From Conidiobolus incongruus B7586 (Eukaryota): DNA of 64,000 nt. The translations under genes were made by a program, and so were the position numbers. Shown one piece after another: positions 1 to 12,713 of the stretch (positions are counted from its first letter, which is position 1; each line of letters starts with the position of its first letter). The notes beneath the pieces are model-generated. The model ran no database searches, was not told the origin of the DNA, and was given only the letters and a program-made list of their open reading frames with translations. The DNA lies in contig JNEM01013675.1 in NCBI GenBank assembly GCA_000697335.1, forward strand, positions 1 through 64,000, in the 5' to 3' direction.

Positions 1-965
1 ATATATTATTTTTTTATTAAGACAATTCTCTTATAATAATTTTAAAGTTTTAATATAAATTATCAAAAATATCTATTAGATTTATTATAATGTATTGTAA
101 TTTTATATATTAGATTTTATTTTATTTAATTTTTAATTTTTATATTATAAAATTGAATTTATTATAATAATAAAATATATTTGCATTTAATTTTATTGTA
201 AATCCTAATTTAGTAGTTTAATTTTATAATTTTTCATATTTATCAATATATAAAAAGCTTTTAATTAACTATTAATTACTTTCTTTTTTAAAAAAATTTC
301 TTTTAATTAAATAACTTTAACTACACTTTATATTAATCTATGTTAAAATTTACGGTATAAAATTATAATAATTAAAATTTGATATAATTAATTAATTGTA
401 AAAATTGAATCTATTTCATAAATTTATAATATAATTAATATATTTATAACTAATTTTTATTATGAAATTATAATCAATTCAAAAAAATAAGACTAATTTA
501 TTATTATTATTATAATATTTTATTTTAATGTAATTTATTTGTATATATGTCTATATTTAAATTATCACAATATTTTTAATTTAATTTATTTTTTTAAAAA
601 AATACTTAATTGATTATTAAAATAGCTCAAATAAATTTTGAATTTATTTGAGTATATATTCATATTCTTATTGTTTTCAATTTGATAAAACATTTTTTTA
701 TATTATAAAATATTATGCTTGAGTAATAATTCATAAGGCATTATAACTATTTAATATAATAATAATAATAATGATTAATAAAAGATTTTTGTACCAACTC
801 TTTAATATTTTTTTTCAATTTTATTCATTCATTAATTTATGATTTATTTTTCTTAATAAGAACCAAATATTTTGTTTTATACTATAATGTTATATAATTT
901 TTAAAATGAAATTAATAATGATTATATTACTTTTGAAATAAAAATAAATAAAATTTTTGATGAGA

Positions 966-1601
966 TTAATTGTTAGTAATTTGAATTTCCCTCAGTTCAG
1001 GAACGATGATGGAAGGTGGGTAGTTGGGAGGTGGTATGTAACTGGGCGGACTTGCATCATGACCATGGCTCGTTAGTAGTAGAGCTTCTGAATTCTTCCA
1101 AATTAGAATTCTTTTGAAATAAGTGTACACGATGGTTAGACCTAGTATGAAAAGACAGAACTCTAATAGTAAAACGAAGATTGATACGTAAAATAGAGAG
1201 TATTTGGCATCGTAGTAGTTGTTGATACACCACATAGAAGTTGGAAACATAGCAAATAAAGACACTATAGTTATTACAAGCCCGCAGAACTGACTGGCCA
1301 TGAGTGATGTGTGATAGTTTTCATGAGTTTTGGGGTGAACACTGCAAAGTACTTGGATAGTCTCCGCATGAAATACACTCCTTTTATGGAAAAGGTAGCA
1401 CTTCTTCACAGGAACTTCGTGAGGAAAGTAACTATCTACAGGTGACGCCTCAATAGTTGGAATAGATCTAATATTGACTATCTGGGATCTCGAAGGCTCA
1501 TTCTGACAGTGAGTAACAATATACAGGGGTTTAGGATTCAATCGACTGATCTGAAATCTCTCTTTAACATAAGGACTATTTTTAAACCAATTTAAAACCA
1601 T
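966..1601 (-). CDS. Hypothetical 2-TM membrane protein with C-terminal PPxY motifs (paralogue of 2510..3175)
   Basis: Intronless 211-aa ORF, richer in GC than its flanks. Two hydrophobic segments (GLVITIVSLFAMF; SIFVLLLEFCLFILGLTIVY) and a tail with PPSY and PPNY. Aligns by eye with the next ORF (SVHPKTHENY/SVHLGTHNAF; KNSEA/RNAEA). Confidence 0.75.
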   Translation of the reverse strand: MVLNWFKNSPYVKERFQISRLNPKPLYIVTHCQNEPSRSQIVNIRSIPTIEASPVDSYFPHEVPVKKCYLFHKRSVFHAETIQVLCSVHPKTHENYHTSLMASQFCGLVITIVSLFAMFPTSMWCINNYYDAKYSLFYVSIFVLLLEFCLFILGLTIVYTYFKRILIWKNSEALLLTSHGHDASPPSYIPPPNYPPSIIVPELREIQITNN

Positions 1602-2509
1602 TTCAATTTATGAACAGTATTTGTATCAATCATCCGTATAATACCAAAAACTTGAAATATAATAAATAAAAAGGGATTAAAATGTGAAAAAAAAATTAGA
1701 GTCCTGCTCCTAAATCAAATCAAAACTAAGTGAATAAACGACTGAAGGATAAAAATTGGATTTGAGTGCGAGTAAGTGAATTTTATATGGTATTTAGTGT
1801 TTGATGGAAATATGGGCGGCTGGTTTGAATTGTTGAGTCTTATGATTAACATAAAAAATCTAATTATTTAATTGGATTATTCAATTGATAATTTTTATTA
1901 TTTTTATTAATACTCGTCATTTTAAAATATATATGACGGATAAAAAAGTAGTAAATATTATTTCACTAATTATTCGATGAAAAAGTGTGGGTTAATTAAA
2001 TATTTATCTGATTGGAAATTAAAGCCAACAGTTGAATCGAAAAACCAATCAAATCCCTTCATTTCTTGAGTTATATAATTTTGATATTATAATTTTTTTT
2101 ATAAATGGATAGATTAAATATAAAAATAGATTCAGTATTTGAAAGTTGTTGGGATAATATCTCCACAAGTCAAATACCAAAATAAAATTCGTTTATTAGG
2201 AATTTTTATATGTTTTTCTAGTATTTTTAAGAAAAAAATTTTTTTTAAGGTTTAAAAGAATTTAAAATTGATTTGAAAAATTTGAATTATTATTAATAAT
2301 ATTAAATGTTAAAGATATTTTTTGATCATATTAGTATCACCTTTCAAATTAATTTATTATAAAAATAATATAATAGATCAGTGATATTAGGTGTAATTTG
2401 AAGTTAATTTAATGTATAATACCTGATTATTTGCTAATATACCCTTAATTGACTTTATTTCCACAATTGTAGTTATAGCGATCCAATAATGACAAATATT
2501 AAGGGTTGA

Positions 2510-3175
2510 TTAATTAGAGTGATTATTGTTTGCGTTGTCAATTTGAATGATACAAGGTGGTGGCGGCGTGATAATGATTTCATTTCCATAATCTGGGGGT
2601 GGTGGGTCGTCGTATCTGGGAGGACCTGCGCGATATCCCATCTTTGCCAAATTGTAGGCTTCAGCATTCCTTAGTTTGATATATCGGGAGTGGTAAATAT
2701 AGAGGGTATAAAATCCAAAGCAGAATGCTAGTAGTGCAATGGTAGTTAAAATAATAAATAAGTAGAGGAGGTTTCTCTCGATGAACCAGTTCATCCAGAT
2801 GACCAGCGCAAATAATAAGATTGCACTTATTACTGTGGTGGATAATCCACCAATTTGGGCGCGTATTAGAGCTGTTTGGAATGCATTATGCGTCCCTAGA
2901 TGTACTGAAGTCATCACTTGAACAGCGTCGTTGAAGTACCTTTTCCTGCCATGAAACATATACCAGCCTTTAAAGTTGACAGGAAATGGTGTATATAAAG
3001 AACTTTGTATCGTTGTATCAGCATCAGTTTCAAGAGGCAAAGCATGTATATTGGTTATTGAATAATGTGCTAATTGAGACCTTGACGGTGTTAAAATATA
3101 TATTGGATCCTGTGACGTAGCATCGGTCAAAGCATTAATTTTTTGTTCCGTAGTAGGAAGTAGACAATCCAACAT
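2510..3175 (-). CDS. Hypothetical 2-TM membrane protein with C-terminal PPxY motifs (paralogue of 966..1601)
   Basis: Intronless 221-aa ORF with two TM segments and a tail with PPRY and PPDY. Collinear similarity with 966..1601. Confidence 0.75.
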   Translation of the reverse strand: MLDCLLPTTEQKINALTDATSQDPIYILTPSRSQLAHYSITNIHALPLETDADTTIQSSLYTPFPVNFKGWYMFHGRKRYFNDAVQVMTSVHLGTHNAFQTALIRAQIGGLSTTVISAILLFALVIWMNWFIERNLLYLFIILTTIALLAFCFGFYTLYIYHSRYIKLRNAEAYNLAKMGYRAGPPRYDDPPPPDYGNEIIITPPPPCIIQIDNANNNHSN

Positions 3176-4904
3176 ATTGTATTATATATATATTATACCA
3201 CCCGATCAATTCAATATTGCCCAAGTACTCTTTTTGATGAATAGTATTCAATAAAGAGCAAATCATATATTTGATAAAAAAAATTAGGAACTCAGAGCAG
3301 TACCTAACTACAATTTATACTTATTCGTGGTCAGGGTAAACATGGTGCCAACTTTGAATGATATAATGGGAAATTTCAATTATTAATCAGAATTAAGATA
3401 TTCCAATAAATTGAAAATTAATAGTAACTTTGAATTGGATATAAATAGATAGAACTGTGACCTAGATTATAAATTTAATTTTTATTTCAAATGTATTTTG
3501 CAGTAATAGGGTATAAATGATTATAATATTAAATCATATTGATGTACTTTGATATCCGATTTGGCTGATATCAGTTTACTAAATACTTGGGAGTATGCAA
3601 AATCAAAAAGTACCTTTAACTTTATCCAATATTAATAAACAATTCAATCTTATCAATATTTGTCACAATTAAAATTATATTAAGGTTATTAAAAACCATC
3701 GATCTAATAATAAAAATCATATGAAATAATATTAACTAAATAAGGAGAATTCTGAGCAATATACATAGGAGTTAAGGGATAATGAAAAGGAGACTAACAT
3801 AATATATATATATATATATATAAGTAATTTTTTTTCGTAATATTAATTTGATATATCCTTATGATTTATTATGAAATTTGAGGTTTTCTTGATTTAAAAT
3901 TTTTCGGTTAATATTTTTAATAAATTTAGGAATTAAATGAAATAATTAATTAATTGATTAATTAATTAATATATATCTTTTAATACAATTATGATATTAA
4001 TTTAATGATATCATTCGACTATAATTTCATCATTTGCCACAGATGGAAAATGAGAAAATTAAAATAATATCGGGATAAAATATTTCTTTTTTACTAATAA
4101 TTTTTTAATAATGGATCTTTTTTTATTTCATCTTTTTTTCTTTATCATAATTGAATTATCCCTTACATTTCTTGAATTTTCAATTAAATCACCCAATTTG
4201 GTAATTTTTTTAAATGAAACATTTTTGAATTTGTAACGTGAACTTTAATCAATTTGCAACTGGTTAATTGCGATTGGAATGGTTCATATAAATCATTTAT
4301 TTCAAAAATATATTTTCAGTTGAATAGAATGATTGATGTAATACTAAAAGACATTATATGTCTAGTTCAATATTTTCTATCCCATTTTCCCCAAGGTCAT
4401 ATTAAATCATTCATCATCTTATTTATAGTTGAGAAATATAATCAAATTCCAAAAACATCTAATATATATAAGTATATTTAGTACAATGTGTTCAAAAAAA
4501 TATTAAATCGGATTAAAGTATAACCATATTGTTCTTCGATTAAATCTTTGTTTAGACCAAAAATTGATATAAACTTTATCCGTAAGCGATGTATCTTTGA
4601 GAAGTTTATTGTAATTATATATTTAACGTAAAGCAGTTTTAATGAACAAATACTAAAATAATCAAGCATTTAAATATTAAAAAATATCAATAATATCGTA
4701 TCATTTTCATTGTGTCTAAGTTAAAATTTTAAATATTTGAATTATAAACAATAAATTATATTTTTTATTGATCAATTATAAATATAAAGATATATCATTG
4801 GTAAGTATCATAAACCAAATCAATATCTATTAACCACAAAGTATGTCCTTATTCAATTATATATTAATTAAAATAATTTATTATATATATAACAAAGGAA
4901 CAGT

Positions 4905-6845
4905 CTATTTAGATTTCATAGCTTCTTCCTTCATCCTTCGAATTCTCTCCTCAGCAGCTCTAGCTCGCTTCTCTCTCTCCGTTAAAACTTCTTCTGTAGA
5001 GTTGGAATTGGATAAACCAAAACCAAATCCAAAACTCATATTAAATCCTGGGTTGCTAATCGTTGGAATAGGTTCTGTAGATTTTGGAGGTGGGGGCGGG
5101 GTCTTAGCTTTTTGCTTTTTCTTGGCTTTGGCCTTTTCGACTCTGGCATCGAGTTCCTCCTGGGTGATGCTTGGCGGGATGAAGCCGCGATCATAATCGT
5201 ACTTGTCGGGATTTGTCCCGCGGAATAGTCTGAATGCGTACTTGGTATTTTTGTTAGTTGCCAACTGGTATGGGAAACTGTTGTTGTCTTCGGGATTGAG
5301 CGGAATGGATGGATCGTAGCCCTTTGTCAATAGGAACTGGATTAGTTCGGTGCAGTTGTGCTTGGATGCAACATGAAGAAGTGTTGGGGAGTCTGGAAGG
5401 TGTGTGAGACGGATATTAGGAAAATCATCAAGTGCTGGATTTTTAGAATATTCGAGTTCAAACTGAGTCAAAAGGTTGGGCATGTTCAATTCTATCAAAT
5501 TGCTCAACTTCTTCAACGAATTTGCAGTGACAAAATCAATTGTTGGTTCAACAGGCTGGATTGGAGCAGGGGTAGGGGAAGGGGCTGGAGAAGGGTGAAG
5601 AATTGGACTAGTTGATTTATCGCGATTTTTGGGTTTAAGATGAGCTTGAGAGGGTGACTTTGGTTTTGTCTTAGTGGGGCTCTCAATTCTTGGTAGTTCT
5701 TTCTTATTTGGTTGCTGAATGTTTTCAACTGGCTGATTCACAATCTTGGTCCACTGAACTTTAGTAAGCTCCTGATAGCATCTTATTACCTCTTTGTGAG
5801 TGGGACGTTTAGTTGAAAATGGGATCTTCTTGACTCTCTGGTCATTGACTTTTATTGGTGCACCTTCATACCCCATGATAACAGACTGAAAGTGAGCAGC
5901 ACCTCTAAACCAGATTACACTAGATTGGTCTAAGTGTTCTTTCCATTTAATTAATAATTGTTTAATGTCGTCCTTCAACATTTTTTCATTTTCTCTACGG
6001 ATTATGGCACCTGCACTCTTTGCTTTTCCTTTGGCTTGATCATTTGCACTCTGACCACCACCTTGCTTACGACGAGTGGTATATCTATGATAGCTCTTTG
6101 AGACGATAGGCTTCAACTCATTGATATTAGAAGGAATATCGTTCTTATTATTGAAAATAGCAGCTGAAAAGTGACCTCCACCTACAAGGATGATACACCA
6201 GTTATGATTTTGATGATATTTTAAACTGGTAGTGATCACTTCTGGAGAGAGCTCAGATTCAGGTAGAACTTTTTTGAGAATACCAAATCTTTCTTCAATT
6301 TCTAGGCGTGGTCCAGTATTAGTCCAATGGAACCAAATGTAAGGAGTATTAGTTTTGGACTTGTGGTCAACCTGATCAGATTCTTCATTATTTAAATTTA
6401 ATAAACCCAGTTTCGAGTTAAAATCATCTATTTCCTCATCGCTATCCAATTCAGAGTCCGAGCCTTCAATACTTGAACAGTCGTTTTGAATAATCTCTTC
6501 GAATCTCTCCTCGGTAATAGGCTTAAAACTCTTCTCCTTAAGTTTCAAATTATATCTATGCCAGTCCGACTTAAAATGTTCCCTTTGACTCAATAAATCA
6601 TCAAATTTCAGAATATTACAGGTATTACAACTAAAGCTATTCTTTGTGGTGGTGTTAGTAGTACTTGATAAAGTTTTCTTCAACTGAAGATTTTCTTCAA
6701 TCTGAATGGGGTTTTCCTCCTCCACAAATTGGTTATTGTGATTATTTTGATCAATTGGAGTTAGTAAACCATAATATTCGTTTGAATATTTGCTAGTAAT
6801 TAGTTGAAATATTGTTTTGATCTTTTCTCTATTATTTGTTATCAT
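4905..6845 (-). CDS. VMS1: Vms1/ANKZF1 ribosome quality-control peptidyl-tRNA release factor, copy 1
   Basis: C2H2 finger (CNTC...HFKSDWHRYNLK), VLRF1 domain (GGGHFSAAIF; HRYTTRRKQGGGQS; KSAGAIIRRENE), ankyrin-like TLLHVAS, and a C-terminal VCP-interacting motif REKRARAAEER. Confidence 0.93.
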   Translation of the reverse strand: MITNNREKIKTIFQLITSKYSNEYYGLLTPIDQNNHNNQFVEEENPIQIEENLQLKKTLSSTTNTTTKNSFSCNTCNILKFDDLLSQREHFKSDWHRYNLKLKEKSFKPITEERFEEIIQNDCSSIEGSDSELDSDEEIDDFNSKLGLLNLNNEESDQVDHKSKTNTPYIWFHWTNTGPRLEIEERFGILKKVLPESELSPEVITTSLKYHQNHNWCIILVGGGHFSAAIFNNKNDIPSNINELKPIVSKSYHRYTTRRKQGGGQSANDQAKGKAKSAGAIIRRENEKMLKDDIKQLLIKWKEHLDQSSVIWFRGAAHFQSVIMGYEGAPIKVNDQRVKKIPFSTKRPTHKEVIRCYQELTKVQWTKIVNQPVENIQQPNKKELPRIESPTKTKPKSPSQAHLKPKNRDKSTSPILHPSPAPSPTPAPIQPVEPTIDFVTANSLKKLSNLIELNMPNLLTQFELEYSKNPALDDFPNIRLTHLPDSPTLLHVASKHNCTELIQFLLTKGYDPSIPLNPEDNNSFPYQLATNKNTKYAFRLFRGTNPDKYDYDRGFIPPSITQEELDARVEKAKAKKKQKAKTPPPPPKSTEPIPTISNPGFNMSFGFGFGLSNSNSTEEVLTEREKRARAAEERIRRMKEEAMKSK

Positions 6846-7088
6846 TATTATAATATAATATTGATAATATTAACAAGAATTAAATAAATAATACAAGTAA
6901 TAAAATACTTCTCTCAAATTATTCTTCTATTTATAATTTAAAATTTTTCTCAAAATTGATCTGAGATTGCTGTTTTTAGTCAATTTTTTTAACAATTTCT
7001 AAATATGAATCAAATATGAAATCATAAATTTTAGATTTGAAAATTAGTAAAAATTTTACAATTATGCAAAAAAGTTGAAAAATTAAAT

Positions 7089-7126
<38 letters not shown>

Positions 7127-8140
7127 ATTGCATTCCCAATGTATAATTATATAGATACTGTTATAGTAATAGTCAAGTCTTTATTAAACCAGAGCATTTA
7201 AATTATTTTATAAAATGATTTCAATACCTTAATCAATCTACCATAATGAGTTGGTTTTTTAAAATTATTACACAAATAATGAATTCACCAAATATATAGA
7301 TCCAATGTATAAATATCGTAATATCACTATAAAAGTAGACGATTTTATAATTGTTGCCATATATAGCTCTGATTAGTTATATTTTGTTTAAAATAATACA
7401 ATTATTAATTACTTATTAATTTAAAAATGATTTAATGATATTCAAGAGCCCCAATTAAAGCCATAAGTATCATACGAATAATCATAAAGTTCTATATTTC
7501 CTAAAAAAATTCAAAAAAATTTATAGCTATTACTTTTTGGGTAATATATATATATATATATGAGAATAAAAAGTTAAAAGATTTATCACTTAACATTATA
7601 TCAATTAATGTAATAGATCATTTACAGTATATTGACCAAATTCATATGAATTTGAAACATTATATCTATTAGAATCTAATATTTTTCTATCATAAAAATT
7701 TAAGTATTTTAAATCAATAAAAAAATTGTAATTTTTATATATTTATCAATATTTTAAAAGATAGTTAATATATTTACATTTTCTCTTTTCTTTCATTATA
7801 GTAAAAATTTAAGAATATAAAACTTATAGCTTATTGTTGTATTATTTTGATTATTTAATGAGTTATATTGTTAAAAATCAAAATACAAATATAATCATAA
7901 CAGACAAGTTTGAAATAATTAAATAATTCATTCTTTAATTTACAATATTTAAAAATCATTAGTAATACTCAAAAATCTTTATACCTGTAAAGTATTAATA
8001 AAATAATATATTAGTCAATTGATATAATATTAAAATATTATTTTTATTTATTAGTGCAGAAATTAAGTAATGGCACAATTTTAAAATTAAAATTAAACAA
8101 ATAAATTAATAAATAATATAATTAAAATTGAATATATATA

Positions 8141-8262
8141 TATAGTTTGAAAATATTTATTTTCCTATATATTTTATATATATATAATCTTTCAAAATGT
8201 ATAATATGTTTGAAAGATCAGAAATTAAAAAATTTGCCATTTCTTAATTTCCATACTAATAA
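8141..8262 (+). repeat. Short copy of a decayed dispersed AT-rich repeat
   Basis: tatagtttgaaaatatt...aatatgtttgaaagatcagaaattaaaaaatttgccat matches ~34236-34360 and the reverse complement of ~40140-40260. Confidence 0.6.
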
Positions 8263-8492
8263 ATTCTTACAAATTAATTATGATTGAATTCATATATTTA
8301 AAAAAATTTTTCTTTAATAAACTGTTATTTTTAATATGAAAAAAAACTAAATTTTTCAATTGATGTTTATTTTGAATCAATTATTAAACATATATATACT
8401 AAGAATATCATATATGAAATATTTAACTATGCAATTAAATATTTATTATATGACTTATTTGGAATTTGAAATATGAATTAAAAATATATAAT

Positions 8493-10379
8493 TCAACTGG
8501 ATTGAAGCGATTGAACTTTCATCTTTCTACTTCTCAATTCAGCAGCTCTTGCTCGTTTCTCCCTCTCCGCCCTAAGTTCTTCTTGGTGATTGAATTGTGA
8601 CAATGCTAACTCAAATTCTGTATTGGTATTCATTGATTTGGTATGGTTTACTTTCTCTTTCTTCTTTTTGGCTTTGGACTTTTCTGCTCTGGCATTCAAC
8701 TCCTCTTGGGTGATGCTTGGTGGGATAGCTCCTCCATTGTAGTCATACATATCGGGATAATTGCCCCTGAATATTCTATACGCATTCTTGGCATTTTTGT
8801 TCTTTGCCAGTTGATATGGGAAACTGTTGTTGTCTTCGGGATTGAGTGGAATGGATGGATCGTAGCCCTTTGTCAAAAGGAACTGAATTAGTTCGGTGCA
8901 GTTGTGCTTGGATGCAACATGAAGAAGTGTTGGGGAGTCTGGAAGGTGTGTGAGACGGATATTTGGATATTCTTCAAGTCTTGGATTGTTGGAATATTCG
9001 AGCTCAAACTCGGCAACTAGATTGGGGATGTTTAATTCAATTAAATCACTCAATTTCTTTAACGAGTTAGCAATGTCAGTATCAACCTCAGTTTCAGTTG
9101 GCTGGATTGGGGCAAGAACTGGAGGAGATTGCTGAATTGAACCGGCTGATCTATCGCTGTGTTTGAATTTAAGATGAGCTTGAGAGGGTGACTTTGGTTT
9201 TGTCTTAATGGGGATTTCAATCCTCGGCAATTCTTTCTTAGTTTCCTGATAAATGGTTTCTATTGGTTGATTCATAACTTTGACCCACCGAACTTTAGTA
9301 AGCTCTTGATAACATCGAATCACCTCCTTATAAGTCGGGCGCCTAGTGGTCAATGGAATCTTCTTAACTCTCTCATCATTTTCTTGGATTGGTGCACCTT
9401 CATAGCCCATGATAGCGGATTTGGACTGAATAGAACCTCTGAACCAAATCACACTCGATTGATCCAAGTGCTGCTTCCAACTAATCATTAATTGCTGGAT
9501 TTCTCTCTTTAACTTCACTTCATTTTCTCTACGTATCATAGCACCTCCGCTTTTTGCTTTTCCTTTTGCATTATCAATTCGACTCTGACTACCACCCTGC
9601 CCACGACGAGTGGTATATCTATGAAAAGTCTTTGATACAATAGGCTTTAGCTCATTGATATTAGAAGGAATCCCATTCCTGTTATTGAAAATAGCAGCTG
9701 AAAAATGACCTCCACCTACGAGAATGATACACCAATTATGCCCTCTATGGTATTTTAAACTGGCAGTGATAACCTCTGGTGAGAGTTCCGTTTCAGGTAG
9801 AATCCTATTGAGAATACCAAATCTCTCTTCAAACTCGAGTTGAGGACCAGTATTCGCCCAATGAAACCAAACGTATGGTGTCTTCGTTTTGGACTTGTGT
9901 TCAACTTGATCATATTTATCATCATTTAAATCCATTAAGTCAAATTTAGAATTAAAATTTTCAAAATCTTCATCGCTATCTAACTCAGCATCAGATCCTT
10001 CGATACTCGAGCAATCATATTGAATAATCTCTTCGAAGGTATCTTCAGAAATAGGTTCAAAGCCCTTCCCCTTAAGCTTCAAATTATATCTATGCCAATC
10101 CGTCTTAAAATGTTCCCTCTGCGCTAATAAATCCTCAAATTTCGAAATATTACAAGTATGACAGCTAAAACTATTTTTACTGAAGGATTTAGTGCTTGAT
10201 GAAGTGTTTACTTGTTGATTTAATTCCACTTGAGTTGATTCATTCTGTTCGAAAATTTCTTGATTATCATTCGATTGATCAATGGGAGATAATAAACTGT
10301 AAAAGCTATTCAAATAATTATTGGGAATTAAATCGAATATAGATAGAATCTTTTTTGTATTATTCGAGGTCAATGTCAT
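8493..10379 (-). CDS. VMS1: Vms1/ANKZF1, copy 2 (tandem paralogue)
   Basis: Same domain order as copy 1, with HRYTTRRGQGGSQS and the VIM REKRARAAELR. Confidence 0.92.
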   Translation of the reverse strand: MTLTSNNTKKILSIFDLIPNNYLNSFYSLLSPIDQSNDNQEIFEQNESTQVELNQQVNTSSSTKSFSKNSFSCHTCNISKFEDLLAQREHFKTDWHRYNLKLKGKGFEPISEDTFEEIIQYDCSSIEGSDAELDSDEDFENFNSKFDLMDLNDDKYDQVEHKSKTKTPYVWFHWANTGPQLEFEERFGILNRILPETELSPEVITASLKYHRGHNWCIILVGGGHFSAAIFNNRNGIPSNINELKPIVSKTFHRYTTRRGQGGSQSRIDNAKGKAKSGGAMIRRENEVKLKREIQQLMISWKQHLDQSSVIWFRGSIQSKSAIMGYEGAPIQENDERVKKIPLTTRRPTYKEVIRCYQELTKVRWVKVMNQPIETIYQETKKELPRIEIPIKTKPKSPSQAHLKFKHSDRSAGSIQQSPPVLAPIQPTETEVDTDIANSLKKLSDLIELNIPNLVAEFELEYSNNPRLEEYPNIRLTHLPDSPTLLHVASKHNCTELIQFLLTKGYDPSIPLNPEDNNSFPYQLAKNKNAKNAYRIFRGNYPDMYDYNGGAIPPSITQEELNARAEKSKAKKKKEKVNHTKSMNTNTEFELALSQFNHQEELRAEREKRARAAELRSRKMKVQSLQSS

Positions 10380-12680
10380 TATTTCAAATTATATATATAA
10401 TAACAATTGATTAAGTATCAATATAAATGGTATATCAATCATAGAATCATTCACTATTTATAGAGTTAAATTTTTCTCAACAATAGATCTCAGTTTGCTG
10501 TTTATAGTCAAATTTATTACAATTTCCAAATTTGAATAAATATTATAATGATTTAAAAATTATTTTTTTTATTTTTCAATTATTGTCAAAATATCATAGA
10601 AATTTAACCAAACTAGATATATTAATTGATTATTATTTTAAATTGTGTAACTTTAAACATTTATTCTGATCAACAGTTGTAACATTATAAGCCCAAGCAG
10701 TTTACGAATTTTAATTATTAAATCATTTCAAAATTTGAAATCAATCCAACCTAGTGGATCGATTGTTGGAATTGCCAAATACAAATTAGGTAAGTAGAAA
10801 TTCAATAATTATATTAGTAGTATATATCCATTATTTATATTACGCATTGTTGATATGCTAAAAATTTGGTAAGTATTTCTAAACTAGTGATTGATTCCAA
10901 ATATCCTATTTATAATAATTAAATGTATTAACTTTAAATATGGTGTTTTTTCATAAAATTGTTAATATAAATACAATATTAATATGCATTATGTATTAAT
11001 AATATAAATAATATAGTTTGTTTGAAATGAATTATTTTAATATATATTTTGTATAAATAATGTTATGATAAATAAAACTTAATTTCAAAATGAAAAACAA
11101 TATAATTTTATATTAAGAAAATTCATAAATTTAAATAATGTAACATCATATTATTAAAAGAAATAGTCTGTACTGTGCATCATTGGATTCATCTACAATA
11201 TTGAAATAAAAAAAATTTACATATGATATCAATACAAATTATTAACATAGATATTTATTAGATTTTAATATCAACCATAATATCACAATGAATATAATTT
11301 GATGAATTGATCCTTATAATATAGTTTTGAGTACTACAACCTTAGGAGAAATGTTCACTCAATATTTAGAAATAGATTGATAATTAATATAAAGTTTGAT
11401 TAATGAAAGTTTTAAAATTCATCATCTTGATTGAGAAATGAAAATATATCAATCTCTAGTACAAGTATTTAGTTCTAGCATATATTTCTCTATTGTTTGT
11501 AATCAATTAATCTCTTTAGGTTATTATTACTAAATGCTTATTTGCCAAAATATGATAAAGTAATGTGAACATAAGGTTTAGGTTATGAAATTTATTTCAA
11601 TTGTTCAAAACAACACAAAATTAAAGAAATGTTGATATAAAAAGTCTAGAAATTTTAACACTAATGATTATACAATGAAATATTCATTGTTAAGTTATTT
11701 TCATTTGAAATAAATTAATTTATATTTTTTATAATTAAAGCTGCTCATATGATTTATTCAAAAAAATTTTAATCATATAAAAATACTATTTTAAATTTTT
11801 ATAGTACAATTTTTTAAAAAATTGAAAATATAAATCATCCCAACTGTTATAGTCATTTGCTTTATATTTTTGAATAATTTTAACACCAATAAATATTGTT
11901 TTAAATATATAATTTTATATCATATTTGGTTTACAATCAAGATATATCAATATTCTACTATATTTTAGTTTATTCATTTAAACTTTTCAATTATATTAAA
12001 TATAGCAATATGACTTTCAGAATATATATATTGCCATAACACTTATAAATTTCTAAGAATCAATCGAATATATTAAATGAATAGATATATACAACATCAA
12101 AATCCTTTCATAATCAATTATCTGATTCAAAGTAACAAAATTTAATCTTGTATTCTTAACATTTGATAAGTATTTAACCAAAGGTTAAAATAAAATAAAA
12201 TATCTATATTATCCACTCCTTTATCAATATATAAATCAATGATAAAGATTATCTATAATTCCACTAAATGAAAGGAATATTTGCATCTTGAATATTTTGA
12301 TATCATTCTCAACTCATTTTAATATCAATAATTCAATTATATAATTTTATATAAAATATTTCTATACATATGGTTATATATATTTACACAATATAAATAA
12401 ATTTAAAATACAGAGCTTTATTCTTTTATTCAATTTATATATAGTCTATATTAAAATTTATATTCAGTTTTATTAGATTAATTACTCAATATCATTTATT
12501 ATGAGAATAATATTAACTTGTAATAAATTTATAATATGACATTATTTTGAAATTATCGATTATTTTTAAAAATTTTTATTATGATTATTAAATTAAAATA
12601 GTATATATTAAAATAAAATAATATATTACATTAAGTAATCGATAACAAATAGTCAAAAATATTAAAATTCAATTAAACAG

Positions 12681-12713
<33 letters not shown>

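Noticed and set aside
4254..4669. Short I/F/Y/K-rich ORFs here and at 24692, 25907, 30912, 35253 and 43844
   Set aside because: Composition matches random translation of AT-rich DNA. Several lie in UTRs or span microsatellites.
4843..9491. Plus-strand ORFs overlapping the VMS1 copies, and similar shadow ORFs over PRP31, the flippase, DH-PH and WDR70
   Set aside because: Antisense or alternate-frame shadows of well-supported genes, with no recognisable motifs.
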